Shown here piece by piece: positions 11,406-24,805 of a stretch of 64,000 nucleotides of DNA (the first letter of the stretch is position 1; every line of letters starts with the position of its first letter). Position numbers and translations under genes: made by a program. The stretch is from Octopus bimaculoides (lineage: Eukaryota): contig NC_068989.1 of NCBI RefSeq assembly GCF_001194135.2, forward strand, positions 6,360,547-6,424,546, read 5' to 3'. The notes beneath the pieces were generated by a model, which worked only from the letters and a program-made list of their open reading frames with translations, did no database searches and was not told where the DNA came from.

Positions 11406-12134
11406 ATATATTTGTCTAAATGGATATAAAGCAAATGAACAAATATGTGTGTGCTTGTGTGTGTGTAAATGTCTGCTTCTAATTTTGAGAATCAATTTTC
11501 AGTTCTATGCTTCCATATTTTTAAGGGTCAAAACATACGAGGGAAAGACAAACAAACAATAAATGAATGTATGTATAATAATCCATAAAATAATTAAAAT
11601 TGAAAATTACAAAGCAAATTCACCTTAAATTGATTTCAATCTGAAATAAGTTTTGGTACATTTTTTTACAGGATTAGCCAGAAGTCAAGTAGTATAAGGG
11701 GATTAGTATTAAAGGCAGTTGTAGCCCTAAAGCTGAGATTAGAAATAGATGTCATTAATATTTGGCTATAAATAAATTAATAAAAGGAAATGAGGTACAA
11801 TTAAATGTGGAAAAATTTTTCATAGGGGACAGGGTTAGGGTAGAGGGCAGAATGAAAAGACTTATTGAGATTATTGCAGCAATTAAACAATGAAAAAGGG
11901 ATCTATTAAAGAAAAAAAACAAAATAAAGACAAGAAAAGGGATCATAGAAAGAATCAAGTGAAATTAAAAGGGAGATAGGGAGAGGCGAGTTAGTATCAG
12001 GAATGTGGTTAGGACACAAGATTATGTAGGGTAACTCCAGATTAAATTCAAGTGGTGCATTTTTATGGTGTTGAAGTGACCGAGAGATTATATGCAATTA
12101 TTATGGTAAATAATAATAATTGTTTTTTTAATTT

Positions 12135-12330
12135 AGACACAAATGTAGCAATTTTAAGAGGAGGGGATTAGTTAGATTATATTGATCCCAGTTTTTGATT
12201 GATATTTTAATCTATCGATTCTGAAAGAGTGGAAGGCAAAATTTGACTTCAACAGGATTTGAACTCAGAACATCGGGAAAAACCAGAACAAATACTGCAT
12301 GACATTCTATCCAACACTTGTATGATTCTC
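12135..12330 (-). mobile_element. SINE family B variant, degenerate
   Basis: gatcccagt...atcgattctgaaagagtggaaggcaaaatttgac...gatttgaactcagaac. Confidence 0.6.
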
Positions 12331-12334
12331 TTAA

Positions 12335-12575
12335 TCATCATCATCATCATTTAATATCGGTTTTCCATGCTGCCATGGGTTGGACAGTTTGACCACCAGA
12401 TTCGATTGTCTCTTTTGGGTATGGTTTCTATAGCTGGATTCCCTTCCTAACACCAACCACTCTGAGAGTGTAGTGGGTGTTTTTTACATGCCGTTGGCAT
12501 GGGAGCCAGTCAGGTGGCACTGGCAACAACCACACTCAAATGGTGCTTTTTATGTGCCACCAGCACAGGAGCTAC
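12335..12575 (-). mobile_element. SINE family C ((ATG)n-tailed)
   Basis: (cat)n-ttaa...ttccatgctgccatgggttggac...gctggattcccttcctaacaccaaccactc. Confidence 0.8.
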
Positions 12576-12920
12576 ATATATATGTGTGTGTGTGTGCATA
12601 TGATATTTACCATGTGAACTACAATGAAAGAAATATGAGAAAGACGTAGCTTATAATTCAAGGGGTTCCTTGAGACGTGTAATCTATTTTAAGGGTTACG
12701 CAAGGGTAAAAAGGTTGAGAAATACTGGTATAGAGGGACAGAGATAGGGGTTTTTCTGTAGAGCAGCATAGAGTACTCATCACACAAACAACAACAGCAA
12801 TAAAAATCCTTTCTACTAATTGCACAAGGCCTGCAATTTTTGAGGGAAACAGGGTCAGTCAATTACATCGACCCTGAAAGGACAAAAGGCTTCCACCTCC
12901 TTCCTCTTGATTGATGAAGC

Positions 12921-13037
12921 AAAGTGAAGGATTTCTTCACCTCAAAGGACCAGAACTGGTATCAGTGTAGGCTCAAAGACCTGGCAGAAAGGGGGTTTCA
13001 GATGGTGCAATATGATGGCCTCTACTTTGAAGGCTAG
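12921..13037 (+). pseudogene. Mariner transposase C-terminal remnant
   Basis: Translates KVKDFFTSKDQNWYQCRLKDLAERGFQMVQYDGLYFEG*, resembling the mariner terminus FFxxKxxxFYxxGIxxLxxRWxxxxxxxGxYFE. Confidence 0.55.
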
Positions 13038-13375
13038 CCTGATCTTGTTGTAAACAGAAGAATAATGCCAAAATATTACTAAAATATTGCAGATCTTTTC
13101 GACTCAATGTAGAAGTTGGATTTTTAATTTATTCTTTTGGTTTATTTCTTGGTTCCAAGAAATGTTGCTGAGTTTGAAAGGTTTGTGAGAATTAAGATAT
13201 AAATTTGTCTAAAAAGTGGACTGTGGCGGCAAGTATTTGGGATTTAGCTGAGATCTGTGATTAGGGAATTGGTTCTGGAAATATAGCTTTGAATATATTC
13301 AAATATATTCATTGATATCAGTTCTTGAGCTCGTTAACCAATTCTAGAGTCAGGGGAATATGGATGGAATGGATA

Positions 13376-13482
13376 ATTAGAGAGAGAGAAAGAGAAAAAG
13401 AGAGAGGGGGAGAGAGGGGTATAAAAAGAGAGAAAAGATGGAGGAATAAGGAAAAAGAGGGAAATGAAGAGAAGACAAGAAA

Positions 13483-13526
<44 letters not shown>

Positions 13527-13780
13527 TTAATGGAAAGAAATAGATTGTGGATGAGAAAGATGAAAGAAAATGGGGTAAACATAGAAAGGAGGTGAGGGAG
13601 AGAGAGAAAGAGAAATATACAAAGTGAGGGAAAGAGAGAGAGAATGACGTATAGAGAGAGGGAGGAGAGGGAGGTACAAATAGAGAGAGAGAAAGAGACA
13701 AAGACAGGTGGAGAGAGACAGAGACAGAGAGACAGAGAAGACTGGGATGAGAATAGCAAGGAAAGAAAACAAAGAAAAAT
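13376..13780 (+). repeat. Polypurine (GA)-rich tract
   Basis: Pure (GA)n plus degenerate GA-rich flanks. Confidence 0.9.
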
Positions 13781-13801
13781 GGAGAATATATATGTATATG
13801 C

Positions 13802-13850
<49 letters not shown>

Positions 13851-14082
13851 TCTATATACATATATACACACACGCATCTATATACATATGCACACACACA
13901 CACACATTATATATACATATATATATATCTGATATACACTTCGACACACAAGCTTACTTATACACACATATATAGACTTTACAGCTAGATGCTCTTCCAG
14001 TCTCCAACATGTATCTGCTTTTCAATAATTCTCTCCCAGAGCTCTTCAAATTGCAAAGCAACCAGTATGTATATATATATAC

Positions 14083-14159
<77 letters not shown>

Positions 14160-14544
14160 CAGAGAGAGAGGGGGTAGTGGGGGATAGGACCGCTAATTAA
14201 GCACCCACAAGACCATGATGATGCCAACGATGCCAGACTCTCAGATATGCTGGTGTATTGGTACTCACTGTAAAAAACTCACCAAAATCATTTATTTTTT
14301 TTTTAACCAAGCAGCCTGTTTTCTAATTTTTATTCACTGGACAAATTAGCTCTACAAATTACATTGTCATATTCTAAAGTTCCAAAACCATCCAACTGTA
14401 AGCAGACATGTCACTGCAATCTGCATATCTTTGTGTAATTGCTGAGCAATTTTCAATAACCATTGATTTTGAAATCCGCATTCTCTTGGATCATTTTGTA
14501 CACGCCCTTGGAATGGTACTGCATGCAGTTCTAAAACTTAGCTT

Positions 14545-14911
14545 TTGTTGGTTTGGGTCACTGGACTGTGGTCATGCTGGGGCACAGCTATGAAGGGTTT
14601 AGTTGACCAAATTAATCTCAGTACTAATTATGTTTTTAAAATCTGGTACATATTCTGTCTTTCTCGTTTACTGAAGCGATGAGTTATGTTGATGCAAACA
14701 AACCAACACTGGCTGTCAAGTGGTGGAAAGACAAATACACACACACATTCACACACACACATATACATATGAAGGACTGCCACACAGTTTCCATCTACCA
14801 AATTCACTCACAAGGCACTGTCTAGACAGGAACTATAGCAGAAGATACTTGCTCAAGAACTGCATAGTAGGATTGAACCTGTGACCACATGGTTACAAAG
14901 CAAGCTTCGCC

Positions 14912-14912
<1 letters not shown>
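14545..14912 (-). mobile_element. SINE family A, degenerate
   Basis: Reverse tail ggactgtggtcatgctggggcac and reverse head ttccatctaccaaattcactcacaaggc...ttgaacctgtgaccacatgg. Confidence 0.75.
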
Positions 14913-14943
<31 letters not shown>

Positions 14944-15344
14944 TGCATGTGTGTATATAGAAAGAGGGATATGAATATGACTACATGTTTTCATATGTAC
15001 GTGCATGCATGAGAATATATATACATGTATACGTGTGTGTGTGTGTGTGTGTGTACATGTATATTATATATGTGTACATATATATATATTTATCATAAAG
15101 TAATATTCTTCCTGAATTTTATGTACTTTGAAATTATATATANNNNNNNNNNNNNNNNNNNNNNNNNNNNNNNNNNNNNNNNNNNNNNNNNNNNNNNNNN
15201 NNNNNNNNNNNNNNNNNNNNNNNNNNNNNNNNNNNNNNNNNNNNNNNNNNNNNNNNNNNNNNNNNNNNNNNNNNNNNNNNNNNNNNNNNNNNNNNNNNNN
15301 NNNNNNNNNNNNNNNNNNNNNNNNNNNNNNNNNNNNNNNNNNNN

Positions 15345-15385
<41 letters not shown>

Positions 15386-16095
15386 GTATATATATGTTAA
15401 AAGGAAGAGAGGGGAGAACGACCCAATGCATGTGTCATGTTAACCCGAATGCAATGCAAAGCCGAAGTTAATGAAGAGAGTGGCTGATCATTAATGGCAT
15501 CGGTTGATGTATGCAAGAGGAATAACCGTAATCACACGGACATGTTATGCAAATAACAGATTAGTGTAAAGTTAAAAAGAAGAAAAAAAAACAAACAAAA
15601 CAAAACAAAATATGAAAGATGTGATTGCAAACAAACGATGAGGGAAAGATACTTAAAGAAGAATAGAAGAGATGGAGATGAAATGGCGAATGTTAGATCC
15701 CTTGATATTTGGTGTTATTGATGAAGGATTGTGATGAAAGGTGATAAGGGTGTTGGAAGCCACATCTAAGTGGCCCATGGTAGCATGGGCGGGTAGATAT
15801 TAATTTGTTAATGATAATTGGTAGAGTGATGACAAAGCTCATTGATGTTTGATGATCGTATTGAGGTGTGTGTATATATATATGTATATATGTATATATA
15901 ATGTATGTATGTCATCGTTCAGTTTTATTTCAAGATTTCTGGCCAACAGAGAAAGAGTCGGTTTCTAACCTAGATCCAAGGTTCTTTCATTGGAATTTCA
16001 ACATCAACAACAGAGAATTTTTGTATGTATGTATGTATGTTGTATGTATGCATTCTCATGCATATATTTGCATATCTAGACATGCTCATATATAT

Positions 16096-16308
16096 TTAAA
16101 TGATAAACTTCTGGAAAGTTTTACAGATTTTTACAGTTCCAGTGATGGATTGGACCTGTAGTCTTCGAATCAGCTTTCCCCTTTCTGGTTTTGAGAAGCC
16201 CAATTTCTCAAGATTGGTATTTAGGGAGTGTGGTACATATCCCAGGGCCCCAATAATTACAGATAAAAACCTGAAGTTGTGATCTGGATAGAGTAACTGC
16301 AGATTTCT
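16096..16308 (-). mobile_element. 3' end of a restriction-like-endonuclease (R4/Dong/NeSL-type) LINE ORF
   Basis: Stop-free 70 aa RNLQLLYPDHNFRFLSVIIGALGYVPHSLNTNLEKLGFSKPERGKLIRRLQVQSITGTVKICKTFQKFII*; IIGALGxVP and terminal GTxKIxK resemble REL-clade C-termini. Confidence 0.7.
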
Positions 16309-16310
16309 CT

Positions 16311-16600
16311 ATGTTTACTGAGTTTGATTTTTGTAGTGGGTAGACAGCATGGAGGCCAAGTCTTGGATAGATTTTAAAATTGATGCCATCATTATTTGTG
16401 CAAAATTGATGGAATATTTTCCACATCGCACAAATGATGTTGCGCTCCCGGTGGCATTGGAGAGAGGGGAGATTGAGTTTTTCGAGTTGATCCCAATAAC
16501 CAATGCCTCTCATGCTATCTTTCTTTCTTGTTATGGACCTCTGGAGTGCTTCTACTTTCATAATGAGTTGTTTCAGGAATCAAAGCATGCCATAGGTAAA
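16311..16600 (-). mobile_element. CR1-group LINE, post-RT C-terminal fragment
   Basis: KVEALQRSITRK...YWDQLEKLNLPSLQCHRERNIICAMWKI...PRLG resembles the LExVQRxxTR...YxxRLxxLxLxSLxxRRER motif. Confidence 0.8.
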
Positions 16601-17151
16601 AAAAAAAAATTGGTAAGAAACACTGTTCCAACCCATGAAAGCATAGAAAAACAGACATCAATCGACGGCGACAATGACAATGATGATGATGATGATGATG
16701 CAGTGATGATGATGGTGATAATGGTGATGATGATGAAGAAAGTACTGGTCAGTCTTAAACTACTCTTAAAGCAGCAAACCAAAATTTCCATGTTACGAGA
16801 TTGAACCGAGAAATTTTATATAAAACTGTAAACTGAAAATGAATGCCGAGCCAAATTTGCAGCGCAGACCTTGGAATTAAAGACTAGGCAGACAAAAGCT
16901 GGCAACTGGATGTCTGTGGAATCGGACAATAAGACAGATATCTTACAAACTAACAACTTTTGAAAAGCTGTGCCATAACAATGCTTTAGAATTAGTAATT
17001 TTAGAGAATTTGGCAAACCAAGTCTAAATAATTCTTATTCATTATCTCTAATGACCCAGACTGTGGACTTAATAGTTGAGTTAGTTACACAAGTCTCAGG
17101 TGTCTTTGAGCTGTATGTACAATGTAGAAATTTGCTTTGGTGAACATGATT

Positions 17152-17183
<32 letters not shown>

Positions 17184-17391
17184 CACACACACACACACAT
17201 ATACACATACATACATACACACACACACACACAAACAAGAAAATGTTTTTGAAACAAGTTGTAGTTTTTATTTATTCATGCAAATCTGGTGATTCACTCC
17301 ACGTTTCTTGCTTTTCTGCATTCACACAAAAGCTCAAACCACACACACACGTACACACACACACACACATGTTTCATTAAATGCGCGGCTA

Positions 17392-17905
17392 TTTCTTTTA
17401 TTTGTTTCGGTTATCTAACTGGGGCCAAATTGACCCCAGGACTTATACTTTGTAAGCCTAGTACATACTCTATCGGTCTCTTTTTGCCAAACTGCTAAGA
17501 TACGGGTACGTAAACACATCAGCATCAGTTGTCAAATGATGGTGAGGTGGGGGGGGGGACAAACACAGACACAAACACACACACACACATATATATACAT
17601 ATGTATATATACAAAGGGCTTCTTTCAGATTCCGTCTACCAAATCCACTAACAAGGCTAGCAACTGTTGGTCTGAGGCTACAGAAGAAGATATTTGCCCA
17701 AGGTGCCATACAGTGGGACTGAACCCAGAACCAAGAAGATATAGAATGGGCTTTTCAGTTCACATCTACCAAATCCACTCACAAGGCTTTGGTCAGCCTG
17801 AGGCTGTAGTAGAAGACACTTGCCCAAGGTGTCACACAGTGGGGCTGAACCTGGAACAATGTGGTTGGGGAGCAAGCTTCTTAGCACACTGCCACACCTA
17901 CACCT
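17392..17905 (-). mobile_element. SINE family A with tandemly duplicated head
   Basis: One 3' module followed by two successive gggcttctttcag...cccaaggtg...ctgaacc head segments (17605-17730, 17745-17900). Confidence 0.8.
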
Positions 17906-18620
17906 ATAATAAATATATAAATATATATATATAAATATATATATAAATATATAAATATATATATAGATGTATTCCTCCATGATTTAAGAAGCAGTGATGA
18001 GTGACAGTTCTGTAAATAATAATATTTTATAAGCTAATATATATGTATAAATATCGAGTAGTGAGAATGAATGATCAACACCACATTGGTGGATAAATAT
18101 TCTATTTTGGGGATAAACAGACTGTCATTAATTTCTTGTTGTGTGTACATGTATGCCACAGACACACACGCATACACATGCAGAGGAAGAGGCATATACG
18201 CACAAGTATGGCCTCACATAAGTTAAAATATATATATACACCCACAAACATAAGTTTGCAGAGCATACATCTAATGATAAAAACCAACAGCACATTAACA
18301 AACTTGTTGTTATGCTCATAGATGCTTAAGACAAATAATACCGTTCTATACAAAAGGATGAAGACACATGTATATATATATATATATACACACACACATA
18401 CACACATTGCATGCAGATAAACACACACACACACACACAAAGATGCGTAGAAAAATTATTACTAAGAATAATGAATGAAGTTTTTGTTTGAGATTGGTGA
18501 AATTTTATATCATTTAAGAATTTTCTAATTATGGTTGAGTTTAATGGAATAAATGGCTTGACAAACACACACATACACATGCAAATACTTGCAGATACAT
18601 ACATACACACACACACACAC

Positions 18621-18668
<48 letters not shown>

Positions 18669-19624
18669 ATGCATATATATATACATACATCTACGCACAT
18701 CTTTATTTTTATGGCTTTATGCATGTGTCTATTGGACTATAAAGGCACATGAGTATGTAATTAATTAAAATATCTAATAAAATATTGACTTAAAACTATG
18801 ATACATAAAATAAAAGGCAGTAAAACAACACAAAAGCATAAATGTATATATATGCATGTGTGTATATATATGTGTGTATATAAAATAATATAGTAATATA
18901 TGAAAAGAGAGAAAAACTCAGAGTGAGACTCGTTATTGGTTAATGTTTTGAAAGTAGCCAGATAATTTTGTGTGGGTTGTATTGAGTTGGGGGTCTATTA
19001 GTGGGGAATATTTTCGTCAATAAATGTTTCTAATACAAAGACAAAGAACACACTTACATAATTTTATGTGTGTGTGTGAGTGTGTGTGAGTACATACATA
19101 TATATACTTATATATGTGTGTGTATATACATATATATACATATATATATTTATATANNNNNNNNNNNNNNNNNNNNNNNNNNNNNNNNNNNNNNNNNNNN
19201 NNNNNNNNNNNNNNNNNNNNNNNNNNNNNNNNNNNNNNNNNNNNNNNNNNNNNNNNNNNNNNNNNNNNNNNNNNNNNNNNNNNNNNNNNNNNNNNNNNNN
19301 NNNNNNNNNNNNNNNNNNNNNNNNNNNNNNNNNNNNNNNNNNNNNNNNNNNNNNNNNNNNNNNNNNNNNNNNNNNNNNNNNNNNNNNNNNNNNNNNNNNN
19401 NNNNNNNNNNNNNNNNNNNNNNNNNNNNNNNNNNNNNNNNNNNNNNNNNNNNNNNNNNNNNNNNNNNNNNNNNNNNNNNNNNNNNNNNNNNNNNNNNNNN
19501 NNNNNNNNNNNNNNNNNNNNNNNNNNNNNNNNNNNNNNNNNNNNNNNNNNNNNNNNNNNNNNNNNNNNNNNNNNNNNNNNNNNNNNNNNNNNNNNNNNNN
19601 NNNNNNNNNNNNNNNNNNNNNNNN

Positions 19625-19658
<34 letters not shown>

Positions 19659-20634
19659 TATGTAATAGATAAATTTATATATGTTTATATACAGATATGT
19701 ACATATATATTACATACACGTGTATATACATATAGATATATATATATAAGTGCGTGTGTGAAGATAGTTCTCTTTACACACACATACATAGATTCAAATA
19801 TACATACATACATACATACATACATGCGTGCATGCATGCATACATTTTATAACTATATCGTAAGGTTGCAGTCACATTTCACCATTTAAATAGTTCTTCG
19901 GAGAATATAAAATATATTGTGATTTTTATTCCCGCTTATATAAAGAACAAAAAACAGACGGAGGGATACACCTAGAGAATAAGATCTATGCAGGAAGGAA
20001 GAGGAGGAAAAAGAAGAGGAGAGGAGGAGGAATTCAGTTTTAACAAGAATATGGTGGAGAGAATGGAAGATAAAGAATAAGGACTAGAAAGAGAAACAAA
20101 CAAGACGAAGAACTTTGATAGAAAATGTTGTCGTATTGAAAAGTCTGTTGAAGTAGTTTAAAGATGTTTATGAAACAGTCGAGTTATGAGATTCTAATAT
20201 TATTTAAATAAAACAAGTCGTGTCTAGCTATCAAACATTTCATATACAATGTCTAGATTTACAAATAGTATTTCTCTTTTGGTAGGGATGCTTTAATTAA
20301 TGTACTCTGTATGGCAGCTAAAGTATAACTTATGTTTTTTAATCTAGTATTAAGTATACTGATAATTCTGGTTTTGACTTAATTAGTATTCGTTAAGAAA
20401 GACGTGGGTGCTATTAGTTTCTAATCAATTTATATAACAACAATAAAGTCTATTTGCATGGCAAGGTTAAACATATGTTTATTAAACATAGGCATGTAAA
20501 TTTATTTACGATCCGATCCAGAATGTGGCTGTCTTAGACGCCTATATATTGATTGGAGACTTGTGTCATAGAATGGCAGTTACAGGCTTACAAATTTCTT
20601 AATTTTATGCAAAGAGTTACAATGAAGCATACAT

Positions 20635-20808
20635 AGGCGCAGAAGTGGCTGTGTGGTAAGTAGCTTGCTTACCAACCACATGGTTCCGGGTTCAGTCCCA
20701 CTGCATAGCACCTTGGGCAAGTGTCTTCTACTATAGCCTCGGGCCGACCAAAACCTTGTGAGTGGATTTGGTAGACGGAAACTGAAAGAAGCCTGTCGTA
20801 TATATGTG

Positions 20809-20877
<69 letters not shown>

Positions 20878-21050
20878 ATGTGTGTCTACATCCCCGTAGC
20901 TTAGCGGTTCGGCAAAAGAGCCCGATAGAATAAGTACTAGGCTTCCAAAAAATAAGTCTTGGGGTCGATTTGCTCGACTAAAGGTGGTGCTCCAGCATGG
21001 CCACAGTCAAATGACTGAAACAAGTAAAAGAGTAAAAGAGAGTAAAGAGT
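20635..21050 (+). mobile_element. SINE family A, full length, young (CpG-rich)
   Basis: Retains ttccgggttc, cctcgggccgacc, agacggaaac, gcggttcggc, ggtcgatttgctcgac. Confidence 0.92.
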
Positions 21051-21111
21051 ATTCGCGAATAGAATACAATTTATACAATCATCTATGACTGAACACACAG
21101 TCATAAACACA

Positions 21112-21392
21112 TCATCATAACCATCTTTATCCAGCATCTGTTTTTCCATGCTGGTATGGGTTAGATGGTCCAACTGGAACCAGTAAGCCAGATAGCTGCA
21201 CAAAGTCCCAGTCTGATTTGACATGGTTTCTACAGCTGGGTGCCCTTCCTGATGCTAACCACTCCAGGAGTGTAACAGGTGCTTTTTTACATGCCACTGG
21301 CACAGGTGCTTTTTTATGTGCCATCAGCACAAGTGCCAGTTATGTGGCACCGACATTAGCCACAACTATGATTTCACTTGGCTTGACGAGTC
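21112..21392 (-). mobile_element. SINE family C
   Basis: ttttccatgctggtatgggtt...tttctacagctgggtgcccttcctgatgctaaccactcc. Confidence 0.8.
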
Positions 21393-21419
21393 TTCTCTGT
21401 ATGTATGCAATAAATATGT

Positions 21420-21695
21420 GCATCCGATGCTGTTAAACACCGCTGGTCACAATGCACTTCTAATTTTGTCATAATTGCACCATTCTTTTCCATCTCAACC
21501 CAAATAGCATAACCAAATCATTTTCCCATTATCGTGGAAGCCTTCTAAGTCACTTTCTTTGAGCTCTTGGATGTCACCTGGCTACTGCAAGGGCTCACCT
21601 GTTGTTTGTGAACCTTGCAACATGTCCGGCCCAGTGAAACTTGTTCTTTTAGTATTCTGCGACCACATCATTCACTATGCTCCATTCTCAAACAT
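21420..21695 (-). pseudogene. RTE-clade LINE RT C-terminal remnant with multiple stops
   Basis: Minus frame VNDVVAEY*KNKFHWAGHVARFTNNR*ALAVAR*HPRAQRK*LRRLPR*WENDL resembles RTE WAGHVARxxDxRW...WxPR...GRPxxRWxDD. Confidence 0.75.
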
Positions 21696-21699
21696 ATAC

Positions 21700-21859
21700 C
21701 ATCATCATCATCATCATCATCATCGTTTAACGTCTTTTTTCCATGCTGGCATGGGTTGGACGGTTCGACTGGAGTCTGGGAAGCCAGGAGGCTGCACCAG
21801 ACCCCAATCTGATCTGGAAGTGTTTCTATGACTGGATGCCCTTCCTAACACCAACCACT
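21700..21859 (-). mobile_element. SINE family C 3' part (runs into gap)
   Basis: (cat)n-cgtttaacgtc...ccatgctggcatgggttggacgg...ctggatgcccttcctaacaccaaccac. Confidence 0.85.
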
Positions 21860-22759
21860 NNNNNNNNNNNNNNNNNNNNNNNNNNNNNNNNNNNNNNNNN
21901 NNNNNNNNNNNNNNNNNNNNNNNNNNNNNNNNNNNNNNNNNNNNNNNNNNNNNNNNNNNNNNNNNNNNNNNNNNNNNNNNNNNNNNNNNNNNNNNNNNNN
22001 NNNNNNNNNNNNNNNNNNNNNNNNNNNNNNNNNNNNNNNNNNNNNNNNNNNNNNNNNNNNNNNNNNNNNNNNNNNNNNNNNNNNNNNNNNNNNNNNNNNN
22101 NNNNNNNNNNNNNNNNNNNNNNNNNNNNNNNNNNNNNNNNNNNNNNNNNNNNNNNNNNNNNNNNNNNNNNNNNNNNNNNNNNNNNNNNNNNNNNNNNNNN
22201 NNNNNNNNNNNNNNNNNNNNNNNNNNNNNNNNNNNNNNNNNNNNNNNNNNNNNNNNNNNNNNNNNNNNNNNNNNNNNNNNNNNNNNNNNNNNNNNNNNNN
22301 NNNNNNNNNNNNNNNNNNNNNNNNNNNNNNNNNNNNNNNNNNNNNNNNNNNNNNNNNNNNNNNNNNNNNNNNNNNNNNNNNNNNNNNNNNNNNNNNNNNN
22401 NNNNNNNNNNNNNNNNNNNNNNNNNNNNNNNNNNNNNNNNNNNNNNNNNNNNNNNNNNNNNNNNNNNNNNNNNNNNNNNNNNNNNNNNNNNNNNNNNNNN
22501 NNNNNNNNNNNNNNNNNNNNNNNNNNNNNNNNNNNNNNNNNNNNNNNNNNNNNNNNNNNNNNNNNNNNNNNNNNNNNNNNNNNNNNNNNNNNNNNNNNNN
22601 NNNNNNNNNNNNNNNNNNNNNNNNNNNNNNNNNNNNNNNNNNNNNNNNNNNNNNNNNNNNNNNNNNNNNNNNNNNNNNNNNNNNNNNNNNNNNNNNNNNN
22701 NNNNNNNNNNNNNNACAGACATAAATACACACATACATATATACATACACACACATATT

Positions 22760-22928
22760 AATGATGGGCTTCTTTCAGTTTCTGTCTACCAAATCCACTC
22801 ACAAGGCTTTAGTCGGCCCAAGGCTATAGTATAGAAGACACTTGCCCAAGGGGACATGCAGTGGGACTGAACCCATAACCACATAGTTGGTAAGCAAGCT
22901 ATTTACCACACAGCCACTCCTGCACCTA
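22760..22928 (-). mobile_element. SINE family A head
   Basis: gggcttctttcagtttctgtctaccaaatccactcacaaggc...ccacacagccactcctgcacc. Confidence 0.85.
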
Positions 22929-23018
<90 letters not shown>

Positions 23019-23904
23019 GTATATGCATGCACATACACAAGCACATACATATAAAGATATCATTTTCTTCACTCCTATGAAATAAACACTGAATACAACT
23101 CTACAATTGAATTTTAATTACAGATATAATCAAATAACCTCGTATGAAATACATTCCTCTTTTAAAAGAAGCAAACTGAATGGACTAATTAAATTCACAC
23201 TTATAGGAAAGAATGGATTCACAGCCAACTTAACATCAGTAGAACAGAGTTCATTAATAGCGATGATAGTCCCAGAGTATTGGATTGTGTTGGAAGAAGC
23301 AAGAGGAATATGATGAACTAAGAGAGTATTTCCCTTGTCTTAATGGATGCCAATCAATGGCAGCTACACGTTATACAATGGTAGTGACCTGGAACCAAGA
23401 GAAAATGGCTTGAACAATAAAAGTGGATTAGTATCTGTATGGGTATATACATACACATACACCCATATCTATCTACCTACCTATCTATCTATCTACCTAC
23501 CTATCTATCTATCTATCTATCCATCCATCCATCTATATATACGTGGTCTAATCAATAAATATCTGGATTGTTGCCATTATAATGAAGCTAAAGCACACAG
23601 AGTGAAGCCGCTTGGCACAGATTGACCTTGAACTCTGCTGTGCCTGCGCACTAAGTTTTAACATTCTAACTCCACTCCCCTGTTAACAGCAGTGCTTGGA
23701 AGGAAGGTGTGTAGCGTGTGATCATTGCAATGAACATGACAGAGGTTATACTGCAAAAACATGACCCAGGGACCACCCACAGTTCTCAGCTGCTACCTAA
23801 CATTTATTGACTGTCACCAGACCATGCAGTGAGGCTGTATGTTTTGTTTTATAGATTTGTATACTCTAACTCTTCAACATGGGACCTGTAATAGAAAAAA
23901 TACA

Positions 23905-24082
23905 AAGGTGCTGGTACCACGCAAAAAGCACCCAGTACACTCTGTAAAGAGGTTGGCGTATGGAGGTGCATCTTGTGATAGAAAACGTGCCAAAACAGAC
24001 AGTTGTAGCCTGGTGCAGCTCTCCAGCTTATCAGCTCCCGTCAAACCATTCAACCCATACCAGCATGGACAACGGACATTAA

Positions 24083-24138
<56 letters not shown>
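23905..24138 (+). mobile_element. SINE family C with long (GAT)n tail
   Basis: aaaagcacccagtacactctg...cccataccagcatggacaacggacattaaa(tga)n. Confidence 0.8.
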
Positions 24139-24141
<3 letters not shown>

Positions 24142-24550
24142 ATGCCTGATCCTAACACATGATGCAAACAAATGTATTTTCTACTTGGAAAGATAGAGAT
24201 GATTAAGAAAATACATGAAGGTGGAGGCTTTGCTGCTGTAGACTGTTAAGTTTAATGTCAATGAATCTTAAGCATTCTTTCTGTTTGCTAACTGCGCAGA
24301 GACGACCCATTCATCACTTGGATTTTTTTGCAACAAAACTTCTCTGATAAACGAAGATGTATTAATATTTGTATATCTTGCGTATTTAGAATTTATATCC
24401 TTGCATGGATATTGGACTGCATTATCTTAGCTCTGCTCTAGATTATTGTAGCTCAGTGAAAGGTTAGCATAGAGATGATTCATTTATCATTCTGCTTTTT
24501 GGAACCAAACTTCCATGATAAATGAAGATGTATTAATATTTAACTCTACT

Positions 24551-24782
24551 TTAAATCTTTTGATACCAACTTGGCTGAAACTGGTTCTGACACTGTAGCA
24601 CAAAAATGTCTTGTTTGCAAAAGTTCTGAATTAAAATCTTCCACCAAACCTTTGTCACAATTTATGTTCCTAACACTAGCTTAATGATAACTAAGTTATT
24701 TTACTAAATTCTTTGTTATATTTAAAATTAATTGAAAGAAACACAAAACATCTCAACAGAAATATGGTAACAAAAGGGTTAA
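24551..24782. mobile_element. piggyBac-like MITE copy 1
   Basis: Ends ttaaatcttttgatacc ... ggtaacaaaagggttaa (TTAA-CCCTTT-type termini). Confidence 0.7.
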
Positions 24783-24805
24783 AATATATAATAGAGAAAC
24801 AATTC

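Noticed and set aside
23107-23420. Exon-like unique segment / 68-aa ORF
   Set aside because: No consistent splice-bounded open frame on either strand and no homology recognised.
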